Assembly: GCA_965153455.1 (NCBI GenBank)
Contig: OZ234493.1
Span: forward strand, 35,516,213 to 35,580,212
Origin: Sphagnum compactum
Lineage: Eukaryota
DNA length: 64,000 bases
Direction of reading: 5' to 3'
Notes under the pieces: model-generated
Databases searched by the model: none
What the model was told of the DNA's origin: nothing
Seen by the model: the letters and a program-made list of their open reading frames with translations, nothing else
Part shown: piece by piece, positions 30,381 to 45,399 of the stretch
How positions within the stretch are numbered: position 1 is the stretch's first letter
How the letters are laid out: every line of letters begins with the position of its first letter
Translations under genes and position numbers: made by a program

Positions 30381-33300
30381 GAAAGCTTTCTATCCATTAG
30401 ATATTTTCTTAATTAATTCATATATTTCAATGATAGATTATGAAGTTTATTATATTTTTAAAATAATATTTTCAACACCAAATTGAAATACCACTTTTAA
30501 ATGTGAAAAATTAAGCACATGTTACACTTGGTGAGTCTCATGTTAATGTGATTGCACCCAAGGCCAAAAAATATAAGAAAAAAATATAAATGTGAAAATG
30601 AAAGATTAATATGATGAGTGCATATTTCATACATAAAAAAAGTTTACAATGAAAAGTTCAACATGTTTATTATCATTAGATACAACAATTTATGGTTGCT
30701 TAGCAAGTACAGAAAGGACGAAAGGAGAATATAATATTAAAATTTTCAACATGCTACAACACATAGAAGCTTGAGATTCACACCCACAACTTGCAAAACA
30801 ACAAAAATTAAAATTGGAAAAACTTTGTAAATTTTTTTTTTAATTTCTTCTACTAACGTGGAAAGACATATCATTCAATCCTTTCATAATCAAACTTACT
30901 TCTTGTTTTTTTAATCTGATTATAGGAAAGATAAGGACATACCTCCCGGGGGCCCATGTGTGTACTAATGTTGTGTAGGTAAGTGTAGATGGGCATGTAA
31001 AGCCATGTAATTGTAAATATACTTACACTTACACGTCGTGTAAAAGGTTAGTGTTATATTTACACTTACATGTGTGTAAGTGTAAATGAGGTTCACAACA
31101 TTTACACTATTGTGTATAAAAAATTGGTTGTGAAAATGTAACCCTAGGATCTAATTATTTGTGGGTTTTTCAAGGTTTTGTGTTGTGCACCGCGCACCAT
31201 AGCCATTGTTCATTGCAAGCTTAGGAGCTTGCTCTATTTATGAGTTTTGCACATTCATGGGAAATGTTTCATTAAGAATGCATCACCAGCTTGGTTGCCT
31301 TTGTCATCTCTTTTCAAATGAGCAAGCTCACCATCGCCCCCAACTTGTTATTTTCTTCAGTTTGGTCATCGTCATTTTATATTGAAATTTGTGGTGTTCT
31401 TTGTGCTCCTCACTTTTTGTGTTGTGGAAAGGAGTGGTTGCAATTACGGTTTGCACATCTTGTCATGGGGTTGTAGTTTTCACCGCTTTCAAAAATTGAT
31501 GTAACATGTTATGCAATTGGAAATGGTTTAGTGATGAAAATGTGAAATCGATGATGATTCACATCTTAATCTATTGAAATGCTAAATTTTTTTTACCAAA
31601 AATATAGATTCAATCTCAAATTGGAAGTCTTTTTTGTAGCATAAGTTGTGTCACGATACAACAAATTTCAACAAAAGGACTACAAAACACAACTACTAGT
31701 TGAGAATTTTCAATGAAAATTTGCATATACAACTATTGAAACGTAATAAATCATTTTTAAAAACTTTTGACACAATTTTCTTACATTTTTCTATGTTCTA
31801 ACGTTAACACATCTAACTTTCAAGAATACATTTAGGTGATATAAACATTTCTTTATGCAAAAAAGATTTTTGGAAGTCATATTTTTAATCAAATAGTAAT
31901 TGGGCAAGTTGTTGATTTTATCTATTTAAAAAATTAAAGTTTTCTTTAGTTAGTAAAGAAATGGTATATTGTTGTCAAATGGGGTGTTTAAAAAAAGTTT
32001 TATGAAATGATTAATGTGCATTTAATTTTTTTTTTAAATGAAGCAATTTGATATTCATTATTTTTTTAACTTATTTTATTTTCAAAGCCTAATTCGACTA
32101 AACATTTTTTTTAAATTCAAGATAAATGAATTTTAAATTGTAATTTTTTAATAATTTATGTAAATCCAAATTTAACTCTTTCTGTGTAGACCATAATATG
32201 CAACTACCCAAAGAAGAGCTGCAAGCGTGCAACAACAATAACTTGTAGTAGCAGAAATGCATAATAATGTGCAACGGTTGCAATGTGTAGTAACATGTAA
32301 TAGCAATAATGTGCAATAACAACAACATGCACCACTTTGCAACACACTATGAAATAGTAGCAACACAATGCAACTCGCTATTGTCATCAAATTTTTTCAC
32401 ATGAACTTGCTCACCATCACCTTTTTGTTGTCTTTTATTTTTTGTTTTGGTCAAGGTCATCTTTTATATAGTTCATGTTTATCTTCTGTTGAAGTTGTGG
32501 TGTTCACCATGCCCTATTTTCATGTTGTGGAAGTTCATATCTTATTGTAGTAGTGTGGGAATGTAACCCAACTTGTCACCCTACTCGTTTTCACCATCGT
32601 TGTCATCATTTTTTTCAAGTGAGCTTCCTCACTCCAAGTGTTTTTCTTTCCATGTTTTTCTTTTGTTCAAGGTTGAATTTTGTTCATGTTTGTTTTCATG
32701 TGTGTTGCAAGGTTGCAACAGCAAAAGTGAAACCCAACTCATGAGTTGTCATTGTTTTTTTTAAGTGAGTTTGCTCACCCCTTTGTTCTTTTTCTGGTTC
32801 ATGGTCTTCTTATTTTATTCATGAATGTGCATGGTCAACTTTGGTTTGTGGTCATAATTTAAATGTGTTGCAACATTGCAGCAAAAACACATGTCATTTT
32901 TTTGTCTATGGTTTTCTTTTATTCACGGTCTTTTTCTTTCTTTTGAGGTCAAATTTTCTTCATGTTTTTCTTCATACATGTTGAAAGGTTTCAACAACAA
33001 TAATGAAAGCCAACTCACAGGCTACCATTGTTTTTTTTCCAAGGTGAGCTTGTTCACCCCCCTTGTTGTTCTTTTTATTTTGATTCACGATCTTTTTTCC
33101 TATCCACGAATGTGCATGGTCAACTTAAATGTTCTTAATCATCTTTTATGTGTGTTGCAACATTCTAGCAATAGAAAGAAACATAGGTTGTTTTCACCAC
33201 CACCATCATCATTTTTTTCAAAGGAGCTTGCTTACCCCCAAGTTTTTCTTTTCCATGGTTTTTTTCGCTCATGGCCATTTTATTTTTTTCAAGGTTGAAT

Positions 33301-34577
33301 TTTGTTTTGAACTTGTACCTAACAGAAAATGCTCTTTGCCATGCACAAGTGCATATGAAGCCATGACTAACACACATTTTTTGTGGTAGTATACAACTGT
33401 CATTTGTGTGTAGTGTGTGTGGGTTGCAAATTGTGGGAAAATGCCAATGACCGAAGGGTTCACAGAATTAGGGTATGCACAATATTCACTTGCACTAATT
33501 GAACATTATTGCCATTGACAATGTGTGTTTTTATCAGCTTGTATTGAATGTTCAATAGTATTCCAATACCTTTGAGACCATGACAACCCATTGCAGATTT
33601 TCCAATGTATGCAAGAACAACTAGTTGTCATGAACATCCTTGGTTTAGTGATTTTACTATACTACTGGAAATAGCTGCAGATGGACAACTATGATTTTCT
33701 ATCCAAAGTAACCTGTATCAAGCAATGTCAAAATACTGGGGTTTCACAAAACACATAGAACAGTAGGAAACTCGCTATAGGCGATGGCATAGCTGTGTGG
33801 CTCATTTTGGGTTGATTGGGGATCTTGTCATTTACCACCCCTCGCCCAAAGACCTCTCTCCCTCTTCCATTGACCTCAAAAACATAATCGCCATAAAAAC
33901 ATCTTGCTGTAGTAAAATAAAAACTACATAATTTAGGCACTTAACATTCTTGTGTATCATGAAACACATTGCAAATGCATTGCCCTTCATCACATTTGTG
34001 CAATATCCTGCACTAACCATATCCATTCCACAGCAATATGAAAGCCTACTGTGAAAGGACAGAACACCCAAACATACATATACACACATCATCTTTACAT
34101 GCACATCATCATCACTAAGTTGATTTCCAACAGATGCAGATGCTTGCACAGCTGCTAAAAGCTATCAAGAACCATGTGGCACATCAAACTCTGCAAAAGC
34201 ACAAGCACACAAAAGAAATCTGATTTACAAAGGACAGTGTCCAAACCACTCCACTACATAGCACAATTCAATAAAGATTATTCAGCATCACAAGTCATCT
34301 CAGAGTTGTTGCTGCAAACGGAATAGATTCTAAGTAGAAACAAGCCAATATTTCTGTTGAAGAACAAGAAAAACCCACAAACCCAACTGCTACAGGACTG
34401 AATAAATATCTCCACAAATAGGCACCCAATGCTTACCTCCTTTCCTCAAATGATAGTGAAATATTTCATAGCAGAAACAGCTTACATATATGCTCTTATT
34501 CCATCCATAGGAAGGGAGTAAACGCAATAGAATTACTGCCACATCCTCACATCCTGAATATTTTTTCATAGCTGCCT

Positions 34578-37500
34578 CTACCCTAGCAGCTGCCTGAGCA
34601 CATAGTGAAGGATGCCTCCATTCTGGAAGTAGGTCAACTCCACTTGTGTGTCAAAGCGAAGCACACAAACAAACTTTTTCCCATCATTTGTTGTCACTGC
34701 AACATCCATGCCAGGCTTGATGTTCTCTATATCTGGAAGGTGGATGGTGTACCTCTCAAAGCCAGTCAAACCCAGAGACTCAGCATCCTCCCCTGTCTTG
34801 AAGCAAAGGGGAATGAGGCCCATGCCAACAAGGTTGCTGCGATGGATGCGCTCAAAACTCTTTGCAATGACAGCCTTCACCCCCTGTTAAACAAAACATA
34901 TAAGAATCCATACTTCTAGTTCTATTGGCAAGTGGCACAAACCATTTCTAACAGCAGTCCCTTTTAACAGCCTTCACTTCCTGACATTAAGTGTTTCAGT
35001 ATCTCACTATTCTCAACAAGTGAGAACTTCAGATAAGTGCCAATGCAAATAGTGGTAAGAGTAAAAAAAGCAGCTATAACCCCAAGTCCTGGATAGATCC
35101 CAGAAACTGCACAAATTCAAGGCCACATTGTAAAAGCAAGAATCTGGCATGGCCTTAACAAGGACCTAGATGTCAGGATGCCTGTAAAACTCAGGTGAAC
35201 ATACACAGATTTAATCTCTTGACTCACAAAACAGACCAGCATTCCTTACTAAACCTCTTCCAAACAGTATCTAAACCTTCAACCCTGCCAATAGGATGAC
35301 CCTTAAATCTTCCCAAAGCTCAAATATCTACAAAGAATGTACAAGCTAGACTTTTGGGTGAGATGCTCACCTGCAGATAGGGACCTTTGGCAGCCCAATC
35401 TCGAGAGCTTCCACTTCCATACTCAGCTCCTGCCAGGATAATTGTATCTGCACCTTCCTCCTTGTACCTCTGCAACAGAAAACCATGTTAAAGATAGACT
35501 GAGTTCTGATATACAGTCATTTATCACTACAGTTCACAGCTCACATCCATATTTCCTATTCTTTCATCTTCTATCCAACAAGAATGCTTGAGCCCATATC
35601 TTTCACTGTCAGGAAAAGATAAATACTCCATAAACTCCCAATACTCCTGACTCTTCTGGCATGCTAGGAACAAATTCTGTTCAAAGCAGTCACTGACCTG
35701 TGCAGCATCATAAATGAACATCTTTTCTTGAGACGGAATGTGAATGGTCCTAGGCCCAACTTCGCCTTTCAGAAATTTGTTCACAATCCGGATGTTGGCA
35801 AATGTCCCTCTTGCCATGATTTCATCATTTCCACGTCGGCTACCATAGGAATTGAAATCCTTCCGCTCTACACCATGTGCTATCAAATACTTGGCAGCTG
35901 GACTGTCCTTATTGATGTTTCCAGCTGGTGAGATATGGTCAGTGGTGATACTGTCGCCAAAGTTGAGAAGGCAGTAAGCATCTTTCACACTGGGCACTCC
36001 TGGGGGATCTTTCGTCATGGTCTTGAAGAAAGGGGGCTCATGAACATAGGTAGAATTTGGATCCCAAGCATATTGAGATCCTTTGGGAGAAGCCAGGTGA
36101 TTCCACATTTCATTGCCCTTTGTTATGTGTGCATATGTGGACCGGAACATCTCTGGAAGCACAGACTTTTCCACTACCTGTGGATGAGAGAACCCTTAGT
36201 AGTGCAAAAGTGATGTGTAACTGATACCATATCACAAGCTGAGAAATATAACACCATACAATGTGCATATTTGTGAACCTCAACATAATACTACTTAATG
36301 TAATCCCTTCAAAACAACATAGCAATAATTCAATGAAATATCATCAACAGATACTGAGTCACCAGTCAGTATGTGCTTGGTGCACATACTGTGCTTATAT
36401 TGCATGTCCTTGGTGCACAAAGAGACCAGTTTGTCTTGTTCTATGTCTTCCTTTCAAGACCGGTTACTTTAACCAGATCAGATTAATTCCTTCCTAACCA
36501 GACTCTTTATGTCTAAATAATAGGGCTGTGGATGTGTTAATCAAGATGGAAGTGCATTGAAACATGTTAGGAAACTTCCTAGGTTACCATTTCCCAACAG
36601 TTTTCAAAATAAATGTAGAGAAGTACAAACACAATTCGTACCTCAGCAACCTCCTCACTAGAAGGCCAGATGTCCCTGAGGAAAACAGCTTTTCCTCCCT
36701 TGCCTACTCCAATTGGCTCCGTTTCAAAATCAATGTTCACCTGGTGGGAACAATATGCTACTCATTCAGAAAGGCAGGCATCTAGAAACAGTAGCACACA
36801 CGCACAAGGTTCTCCATCATATGCAAGTTCTTACCATACTCAACACTTGTAAACACAATCATCATGTAAAGTCCATCCACTAACAAGAAAAGTGAAATGA
36901 GTAACACTGAAGTTTGAACCAAAAAAGAAATGACTCGATTGACCCACCGTTCCAGCGAAGGCATAAGCCACCACCAAAGGAGGTGAAGCCAAATAATTTG
37001 CACGAGTTAATGGGTGGACACGACCCTCGAAATTGCGATTGCCAGACAATACAGCTGCTGCAATTACATCTGCAAGTAGGCAACATCCAAAAATGAGAGA
37101 AATTCTGGAGAACCATAGCGGCTCAATCTGGAAGGCATCTTCACCATGATTTTGTTGAAGCCATAATCCCCTTGTGAGTAAGGTATGCTCTGAAAACTTT
37201 TGTTGTTACCAGAGTAATCACGTAATGAGCCAACCTTCCAAAATAATGCAACAGGGCTCATGGTTCCTTCTAGAAAAAGTGATGATGCACCTTGATACCA
37301 ACTATGGTCTCCTCTTCCTTACTTGACATAAATCAATCCCCACTACTGCTCACACACAAAAAGCAAACTTACCATTCTCAGTAATTGCTTCAGCTACAAC
37401 TTCATTCAGGTCACCAGAGTTGCCTATGCAAGTGGTACAGCCATAGCCCACCAGACTAAAGCCTTGCTGATCCAGATACTTTGCCAAGCCACTGCCAATG

Positions 37501-40500
37501 TCAGGGAGAATGAGACTTCAAATGAAGAGAAATCCATTTTCCTGTCTTAAGAATTAGCATGGAAGAGAACTGCAAGTCTTCCCAAAGATGCATCAATCTT
37601 TTAATTACATCATAATACACACAATGTCACTCTATTTCTTACCATCTATCCAAAAAACAGAATCACACTCGAAATCTCACAAGTAGGTGGTGCATTAATT
37701 AAGACTGGGCTTCAGTCCATCCAAGAAACATAACTGTCCTACTACCTTGACAAATTATGGTGTAGCCAACAGGTTCAACTTTCATTTGCAAGAACAAGAG
37801 GCCAGACAGTTCACAAAGATATCACCCTGAAATGAGTGGCATACCTTTTTGCAAGGTATTGGGTGACAGCTCCTGATCCAGGAGCAAGACTGGTCTTGAT
37901 CCATGGTTTCACCTGCTCAACCCAACAGAATCAACTTAAAGACCTACTACAATTCACTTCCAAAGAGGAGAGTAGGCTCAATTCAATAAATTGTAGCACA
38001 ATTGCCAATGTACAACAGTGAAGGTACATGAACCCTTCCAGTTGAACAACCCAAACAACATGCAATCTTGATAACACCTAATTCATTCAATGGCCACCAG
38101 ACAATTTGCTTCAGAACTACTCATGACCAACATGTTAATTACATGCATGACTAATTGACAACAAAAATGGACACATCCCAGGAGTCCAGAAACAATTGGG
38201 AGTAGAAACTGAAATTCAAACATGAATTCATATCAGATGCATAAACAGACCTCTAGTCCAAGTTCAGTTCCCTTCTTAGCCACAAGGCCTGCACCAAGCA
38301 TCACACTTGGGTTCGAGGTGTTAGTGCAACTTGTGATGGCAGCTATGACAATACTGCCATGCCTCAATTCAGCTGGCTGACCATTAAAGGTAAATTTTGC
38401 AACCTTGTCCTGTTGATCCTTGGGAATGGCAAAGCCCTGCAAGGGAAGAAAAGATTTAAGTATATAAAGATGCTAAAAAATCAACAATTGAAGATCCATT
38501 GGAGACTAAAGCTTCAATCAGAAATTTAGGGGGTGGCAGATCATTCCATAATGTACTCTCAGAAGTACAGCTTCAATTAATATTGAACATACAACAATGC
38601 CATTAGAGTAAAGAGCTAAAAACAAAGGGATAAACTGGCAATAGAACAGGAGACTATTCAGCAACAAACACAGACTGCAACATACCTTAAAGCCAACCTT
38701 GTTGTCCAAACAAGCCTGCCAATCCACCTTCATGTCTTTCAAACTCACACGGTCATGGGGCCTGCAAATGCTCATTTGCTTCAGTCAGACCAGTCAACCA
38801 TGCAAAGGTATAGATGGTTAGAAGGAAAATCCCAACAAAGTAAGTCAAAAAATGAAGTTTCCAGCATTAGACTGCAGAAAGGAATGCATGAAAGGGAGCA
38901 ATAACAAAGATTCATGTGTATTGTATTGTTCCCATTGTGGCGCATTTAATTGCAGTATTGATACCAAGACTGCAAACATTCCTATCAACCTTGAGAAGAG
39001 TGTGCTTGACATACCTTTTTGGTCCAGAAATACATGGCTCCACAGTGTCAAGGTCAAGCTCCAGATATGAAGAGTATACAGATTCCTTTTGAGACTGAAA
39101 ATACATATTATAAGCAAGCATCAATAACTCTCCTCTTCCTGTCTTAGCAACTTACAGCTCTTGCCATTTCCATGGAATCAGAGGTCAAAATCAAAAGTCT
39201 CTCACTAGTCAGGCAAAGGTCATCACCCAATACCACTAGCACAAGGAGTCAAGCAATGGAAAAAACTTCAGTGATGTACTCCAAGAAACCCTGATTAAGC
39301 TAGCAGGGAGCCAAACTTGCTATTCATTGTGAAGAAAGAAATCCAGGCTCCACGCTGAGGAAGGGAGATATCAAACTCACCTTGTCATGGTCAATGAACA
39401 GGTCATTTGCCCTTAGGTATGCTTCAATCTCCTCAACCTATTGCATATACAACAAGAACCACCCAGAACGTAAACAAAGGCATTTACTGCATCAAGAAGT
39501 TGAGTAATGATCCACTGAATGTCCTCAGAAGGTCCCACCTCATTGGGATTCAGTATTTCAAGATGAACACTTCTTGATCATCGACCAGCTGGGACTAATT
39601 GAGCACTGAAATGAGTACTCCTATGCTTTTCCTATCCAATATGACTGTCACAACAGTAGAGCTTTGGATTATTTGATCAATTATCTTCTGGTTGACTTGT
39701 TGTTGTCTAGTTACTTTAACTGCAATTAGACATGTGTGAGCACTGCTAAGATGGATTTACTAGCTAGATTTTCTGTTACAAAATGCATATAAGAGTGCAT
39801 CAGTTCATAGGTCATGAAAATTGCTTACCTTCTGCTCATCCCGACCAGTCAACCTCAAATACTGAAGGGTGACCTTGTCAACTGGGAAAAAACCCATAGT
39901 GGCCCCGTACTCAGGGGACATGTTCGCAATTGTTGCACGATCGGCCAAAGAAAGCTGAGACAAACCCTTTCCTGGAAAGCAATGAACAGTGATAATATTA
40001 GAGAGAAACCAGAAACAGAATTTGATCAACATTGAAGTCACTACTCCAACCAAGCTCACAGCGGAACAGCGAACTCCAACAGCAATAGTGTTCAGACAAT
40101 GAAATGCAGAGCAAACTACCTGACAACATTTTGAAGGTAATCATTCCGGCAGTTCCAGCAAAACCAAAACTAACCCAATGAGAATGAGTATGGCCATGGC
40201 CTTATGAGCACCCTTATGAGTGTCACTCACAAAGTTTCAGACCATCACTTCCATTATGAATGGCAGTGACTAACTGCCATTGACTCCCTGATGACTTCAT
40301 CAGCTCCCAACAGCAGGTAGATAAGTGTACGATAATCTGCCAAAAATTTCAGGCAAACCACTATTCAAGAATTGGGTGCATTTTCAAAAGCAACAGGAAG
40401 ACTCAGCCATCATGTTGGCCAACACTCAAGAGATATAGCTAACACAAAAAGTCAAAAGCAGAAGTGAAGAATATTACCACATACCATAAAATTCCACAAA

Positions 40501-43500
40501 TTTGCCAACCACTCCATGTTTCCGTAGAATTTGAGTCACTGTCAACACCAAATCTGTGGCAGTGACCCCCGTGCGTAGCTTGCCATCCAACTTAAAACCT
40601 ACAACCCCTGGGAGGACCATACTCATGGGCTGCAGCAAAAAAATTCAGACCTCTCAGTCTTGCACACCTTAAAGAACCATATGCAGAGGAGGACTTCTCA
40701 ATTGCTTTGACACCTCCACAAAAGGTTGTGCATTCAATGCCAATAGGTCTGATGGTAACCTCAGGAAATCCAATGATTCCCTCAAGATGGAGGGACTTCT
40801 TCTTGTTCAATGAAAAGCAACATAAAGCATGGACACGGTACAGAAACTCAAATTTTCCCCTAGTGAAATGTTATGAACATACTTGACCAAGCATTGCTGC
40901 TTCAGCCTCAATGCCTCCAACTCCCCAGCCTGCAACACCAAGCCCATCTATCATAGTTGTGTGTGAATCAGTTCCAACAAGGCTGTCAGGGTACAACACT
41001 CCATCGCTGTTGAAAACTACTCGAGCCAAATACTCCAAATTCACCTGCGCCAGGCCCTTGTATGAGATCATCTAATCACATTGATCAAAAGTCAGAGAGA
41101 CCAAACTGTCTCAACAAACTGCAGTGATTAAACAAACATAAACAGAATTAACGCATGACCGAGCATGAGCCTCCAATTAAAACAGCAACAGAACCAACCT
41201 GATGCACAATACCAGATCCTGGTGGCACCACAAGCATATTTTTGAAGGCAGTTGCCCCCCACTTCAAGAAAGCAAACCGTTCTTTGTTTCGGCCAAATTC
41301 CATCTCCATGTTTGCATGGAGTGCATTTGGTGACCTGGCAACATCTACCTGCACAGAATGGTCAATGACCAAATCAACGGGCACCTGCAAAAAGAGCCAA
41401 CAAAAACCATCTCCACTTGAGACAAATAACCTTATGAAAAGCACACCTCCAGCAGCACAGCCCAAATAGAACATCAAAATTGCAGTGGGATCCTGCAAAC
41501 TATGTCGACTGCAACTATAAATGTCACCAGAATGCAAACACTTTCAGTGCATTTTGTACACTCAATGAGGCCATGCTTCATGGCTCTCCCTGTAGATAGA
41601 AGCAAGGGTATAAGTAGAGCCAGATAACATCCCTTGCATCTCACACTCCTAATACAATTCAACAAAGCAGCTACAACACTGCTGATTGTAATGTAATGTG
41701 AGCAGAATTATCCTTCCAGCTTACCAAAGGATTAATCTTATCTGGGTCACCACCCAGACGTGTGATAGCATCCCGCATGGCAGCTAAATCAACCACAGCT
41801 GGCACTCCAGTAAAATCCTGTAGATGCACAGAAAATTGTGAGCAAATCCACTCTCTCTCTATATATATATCCTGTTGTTAGTCACCAAAACATATTGACT
41901 ACAACCAGCATTGTCAACTGCAATTTAAAAAGGCCAGTGTAGCCATGAAAGCATATCTCTCCCGCACACATTACTCTGACACACCTGCACCAAAAAATTA
42001 AAAAAAATTCAGAAGTGTGAAAGAGACAGCAAACCTGGAGAATGACACGAGCAGGTTTAAATGGGATTTCCACTTGTTTGGGAGCAGTTTGCTCCCAGTC
42101 CAGGATTTTTTCCACATCTGCCTTGAGGACCTGAAAATTATCACAATTCCGAATTGCAGATTCCAACAGATATCGGATGGAGTAGGGCAGTGTGTCTGCA
42201 CACACACATACACACACAGTGATCAACCCTAAGTACTAGAATCACCATAGACAGGCCAGTATCAAGGATAATCACATGATGAAATGTTGTTGCACACAAA
42301 AAAACACAAAAGGAGCAACAAGGAATATAGTCCTAGACAATGCCTGCTGTGCCCTACTATTGCAGAATATAAACTAACATAACCAATGCAATGACTCCAA
42401 ATCATATCTCGGAAGTGCAGCCAAACCCTAGCTCCCAAGCAACCAAACCAGATCTGATCTCCTCACAAAAGGAGACCCATCGTTTATTCATAGGACCATG
42501 ATGTTTGCCTTGTACAATACAGAGGGTTCAGTGTAACAGTTCAGCAATTTACCAACTCGTGGATCGTTCAGTTTGGGGAGGCTGTAGTATTTTCCATATG
42601 TGCCTCCACCTGGCTTGGGCAAATCGGTCAAGAGGCTTCCAAAAGGATTCTCAGTAGCTGCAACATGTCCAGACAGGCATGCATGCATGCATCAGAGAAG
42701 TCATTTACAGCTTACAAGCTGCTCCTCCACAAAGGTAAAATAGCTGTGTGGAAGATCAAGCAAGGTACAAAAGAAGCAAGAGCCTTGATTAGGATATCAG
42801 AATAGGTTAGGGTATGTCGGAAGTGGCGAGGATCTTCGCTTCCAACACAGCTTCAAACACATGAGAATCCTAGTCAGGTATTCCAAACAACTGCAACAAT
42901 TTCATCCCCGGCTATAAGACCTCGCAACGCCAATAAAAGAGCAAAAGATCCCCCGCCTCTCTCATGAGACGAAGAAGATCAAGCGCCTTTCGTCAAAATT
43001 GCAAAGTGAACTCGACAATACGATCAAGGATTTCAGGGCAGAGATCCGATCCAACAAACACTGCGGCCTTATATACAAGCAAAGCAGCACAAAAGCACTG
43101 GACATCACCCGCTTACGTACCGTGAGAGGAAGCCATCCTTGATCCGCCTTGTAAAATCCCCAAGGCCGCAGATGCCAGCACCCGAACACCGAGCGGCCTA
43201 CCAGATCTAAACCCCGCCGGAACAGCTAGAGCCCGCAGTACCGCACTCCCGCTGCTGCCGTCAAGCTGATGAGCCAAGCCCGCGACCGCAAAGCTCCGAC
43301 TGTACAATCTGGAGCCGTGCAATTCAGAAGAGGACAAGCGCCGCAGAGAATTCCTGCTGCAAACGGATGCTGCTGCTGCAAACCCTGAGACGGATAATAG
43401 ACGGGAAGTTGTGGAGGAGGCGATCAACTGCTGCGGCGTGCTATTACTGTAAAACTTAGCAGTAATGCCGGACGACACCTGATGGATCGGAGAAGAAGAC

Positions 43501-43604
43501 GACAACGATGTTGATGCTTCTGCTGCTGCTGCCGCTGGTCGCAGCCTGACAAATCCACCACTGCAGGCTCTCGAAAAGGACGATGCTATGGTGATGGTGT
43601 GCAT
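34578..43604 (-). CDS. ACO: Aconitate hydratase (AcnA/IRP1-like plant aconitase) with organellar presequence, 19 exons: 43604-43121, 42657-42553, 42195-42035, 41817-41725, 41384-41199, 41044-40883, 40629-40485, 39971-39829, 39437-39381, 39094-39015, 38761-38686, 38436-38251, 37912-37845, 37491-37373, 37069-36948, 36740-36642, 36177-35698, 35469-35371, 34883-34578
   Basis: Spliced motifs [40 protein letters not shown] and [12 protein letters not shown] (Fe-S Cys ligands), [31 protein letters not shown] and [10 protein letters not shown]; all introns GT-AG. Confidence 0.96.
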
Positions 43605-43875
43605 TATGAGCTGACGCGGCCCCGGATTGTTGTACAGCAATGACTCTGACTTGTGACCCGCAGTCCTTGCATACTCTAGCTAATCACGAGCCCTACTCAC
43701 ACCAACACACACCCCCCTCCCCCCCCGCCCCGTTTTTTTTTCTTTATCCCTGCAATTCCGCTCCCACTGCCAGTGCCGTTCGCCGTATTTTATGAAAATC
43801 CTACTCACCCCGTCGTCGTTTTGTTCTCAGCGTCACGTCTCTGCTGCTGATCTCGCTCTATCTCCACTCGCGGGC

Positions 43876-43906
43876 GCTCTCTCTTTCTTTCTTTCTCGAT
43901 CACGCG

Positions 43907-43945
<39 letters not shown>
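43876..43945. repeat. (CT)n/(GA)n microsatellite in the CpG-rich aconitase promoter
   Basis: Long tctctc run about 300 bp upstream of the ATG within a GC-rich island (43600-44130). Confidence 0.85.
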
Positions 43946-43947
<2 letters not shown>

Positions 43948-44845
43948 CCAAGAATGAGTGAAAGAAGGCGGAATTGGCACACAAGGATGCGATGATCACG
44001 GGTGGGGTGTGTGCGTTTGTTGTCTCTTGAGAACGGCGAAGGGGTTGGTCCCGTGTGTCGTCCGGAGATCGCGTGTCGTGACGCGCCGCTTGGCGCCGCG
44101 ACAAGTGTAGGAACCGGCGGGTGGATACCCGGTTCTTGGGAGGCCAAAATTCAATAAACCCATTTTCACCAATTTTGAAGCCTACTCAAAAACTTAAGTA
44201 CATACTGGGCGGTGGTTTTGCGGTGCGAAATTCCGCACAAATGCGAAAAATAAGAATGTTCCGGGTAATGATACCCTTGTTGTATATTCCTTTTTTTTGG
44301 GGACCCAAAACCACCAAATTTCAAAAAATAAAATTGCCATTCACATTTCCACTCAATTCCCTTATTTTGTTTGTGTGTATATTTGTGTCGGGTGAGGACC
44401 AAGGACCTTCTTGGGGGCTCTACTGAGAATGAGGGCTCCATGTGTGTATAGAGTTAGTTGAGCACTGGACCCAAATTCCAACAACAACCCCCCCTTTTGA
44501 GCCCTGTTTGAGTTCCCTACCTGGTGTAAAGATCTTGATGCGCAAGACCGCACTTTTCACAACAGCCCCTGAAAGAGAGCTATTCAAGTTCCTTACCCGG
44601 TCTAAAGAATTTGATTTATTTTGAAAGGAGAAGATAGCATCTTAAGGGTAAAGTCCCTCATTTTCAAGAGACCTTACACACAAGGTGCCTTCATGGCAGA
44701 AATTTTATTGACAATAAGACAACCTCCACATCCATTAGAAAAATTCCACCATTCTTTACCTGAATCACGACATCTTTCCATTAGGCTGCTACAATCACAG
44801 CTTCCATGATTACGTCACCTTTTCATTATTTTACACCCGTAGCCA

Positions 44846-45010
44846 CCTCATAATTCTCTCATCAAGCATTGACCAAATGAAAGAGTTATATAAGTGCAAC
44901 TGCATGCAACTCACCACAAAATGACATCCTCATAATTCTACCATTCAAGCATTGACCAAATGAAAGAGTTATATAAGTGCAACTGCATGCAACTCACCAC
45001 AAAATGACAT
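44846..45010. repeat. ~82-bp tandem duplication
   Basis: cctcataattct...tcaagcattgaccaaatgaaagagttatataagtgcaactgcatgcaactcaccacaaaatgacat occurs twice. Confidence 0.9.
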
Positions 45011-45399
45011 TTATCGTTTTGTGAGAACATGTTCCCAAAGTGTTTAACATTGATTCGTCATGTATTTTCAACACGGTTGCAACTCTGCAATTACATGGGA
45101 AAGCACCTTTCCATGCAGCAGCAAGAAACAAAGCCCTATGTCTCTGGCTTTCCATTAGGTTGTTCTCTTCAACTTAGCCTAATGGAGAGGGAACCTTAGT
45201 CCAACTATAGCCACAATGTGTACCCAGTAGTAAGGTCCTCCGCCTTCTAAACACTAGGTCTAATATCCCTCCTACTCTTGTCTCCTTTTGAACTCCATAT
45301 GTTGAAGCATATTTGCTTTCCCTCTAGCCTCCTGGTGGGTAAGGCCCATGGGTGAGGAAATTCCCAAAAACTCAACCACCCTAAACCCTCCTTGCCTTT

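Noticed and set aside
32368..33463. Cluster of F/L/C-rich ORFs
   Set aside because: T-rich degenerate repeat sequence giving stop-poor frames; no protein signature.
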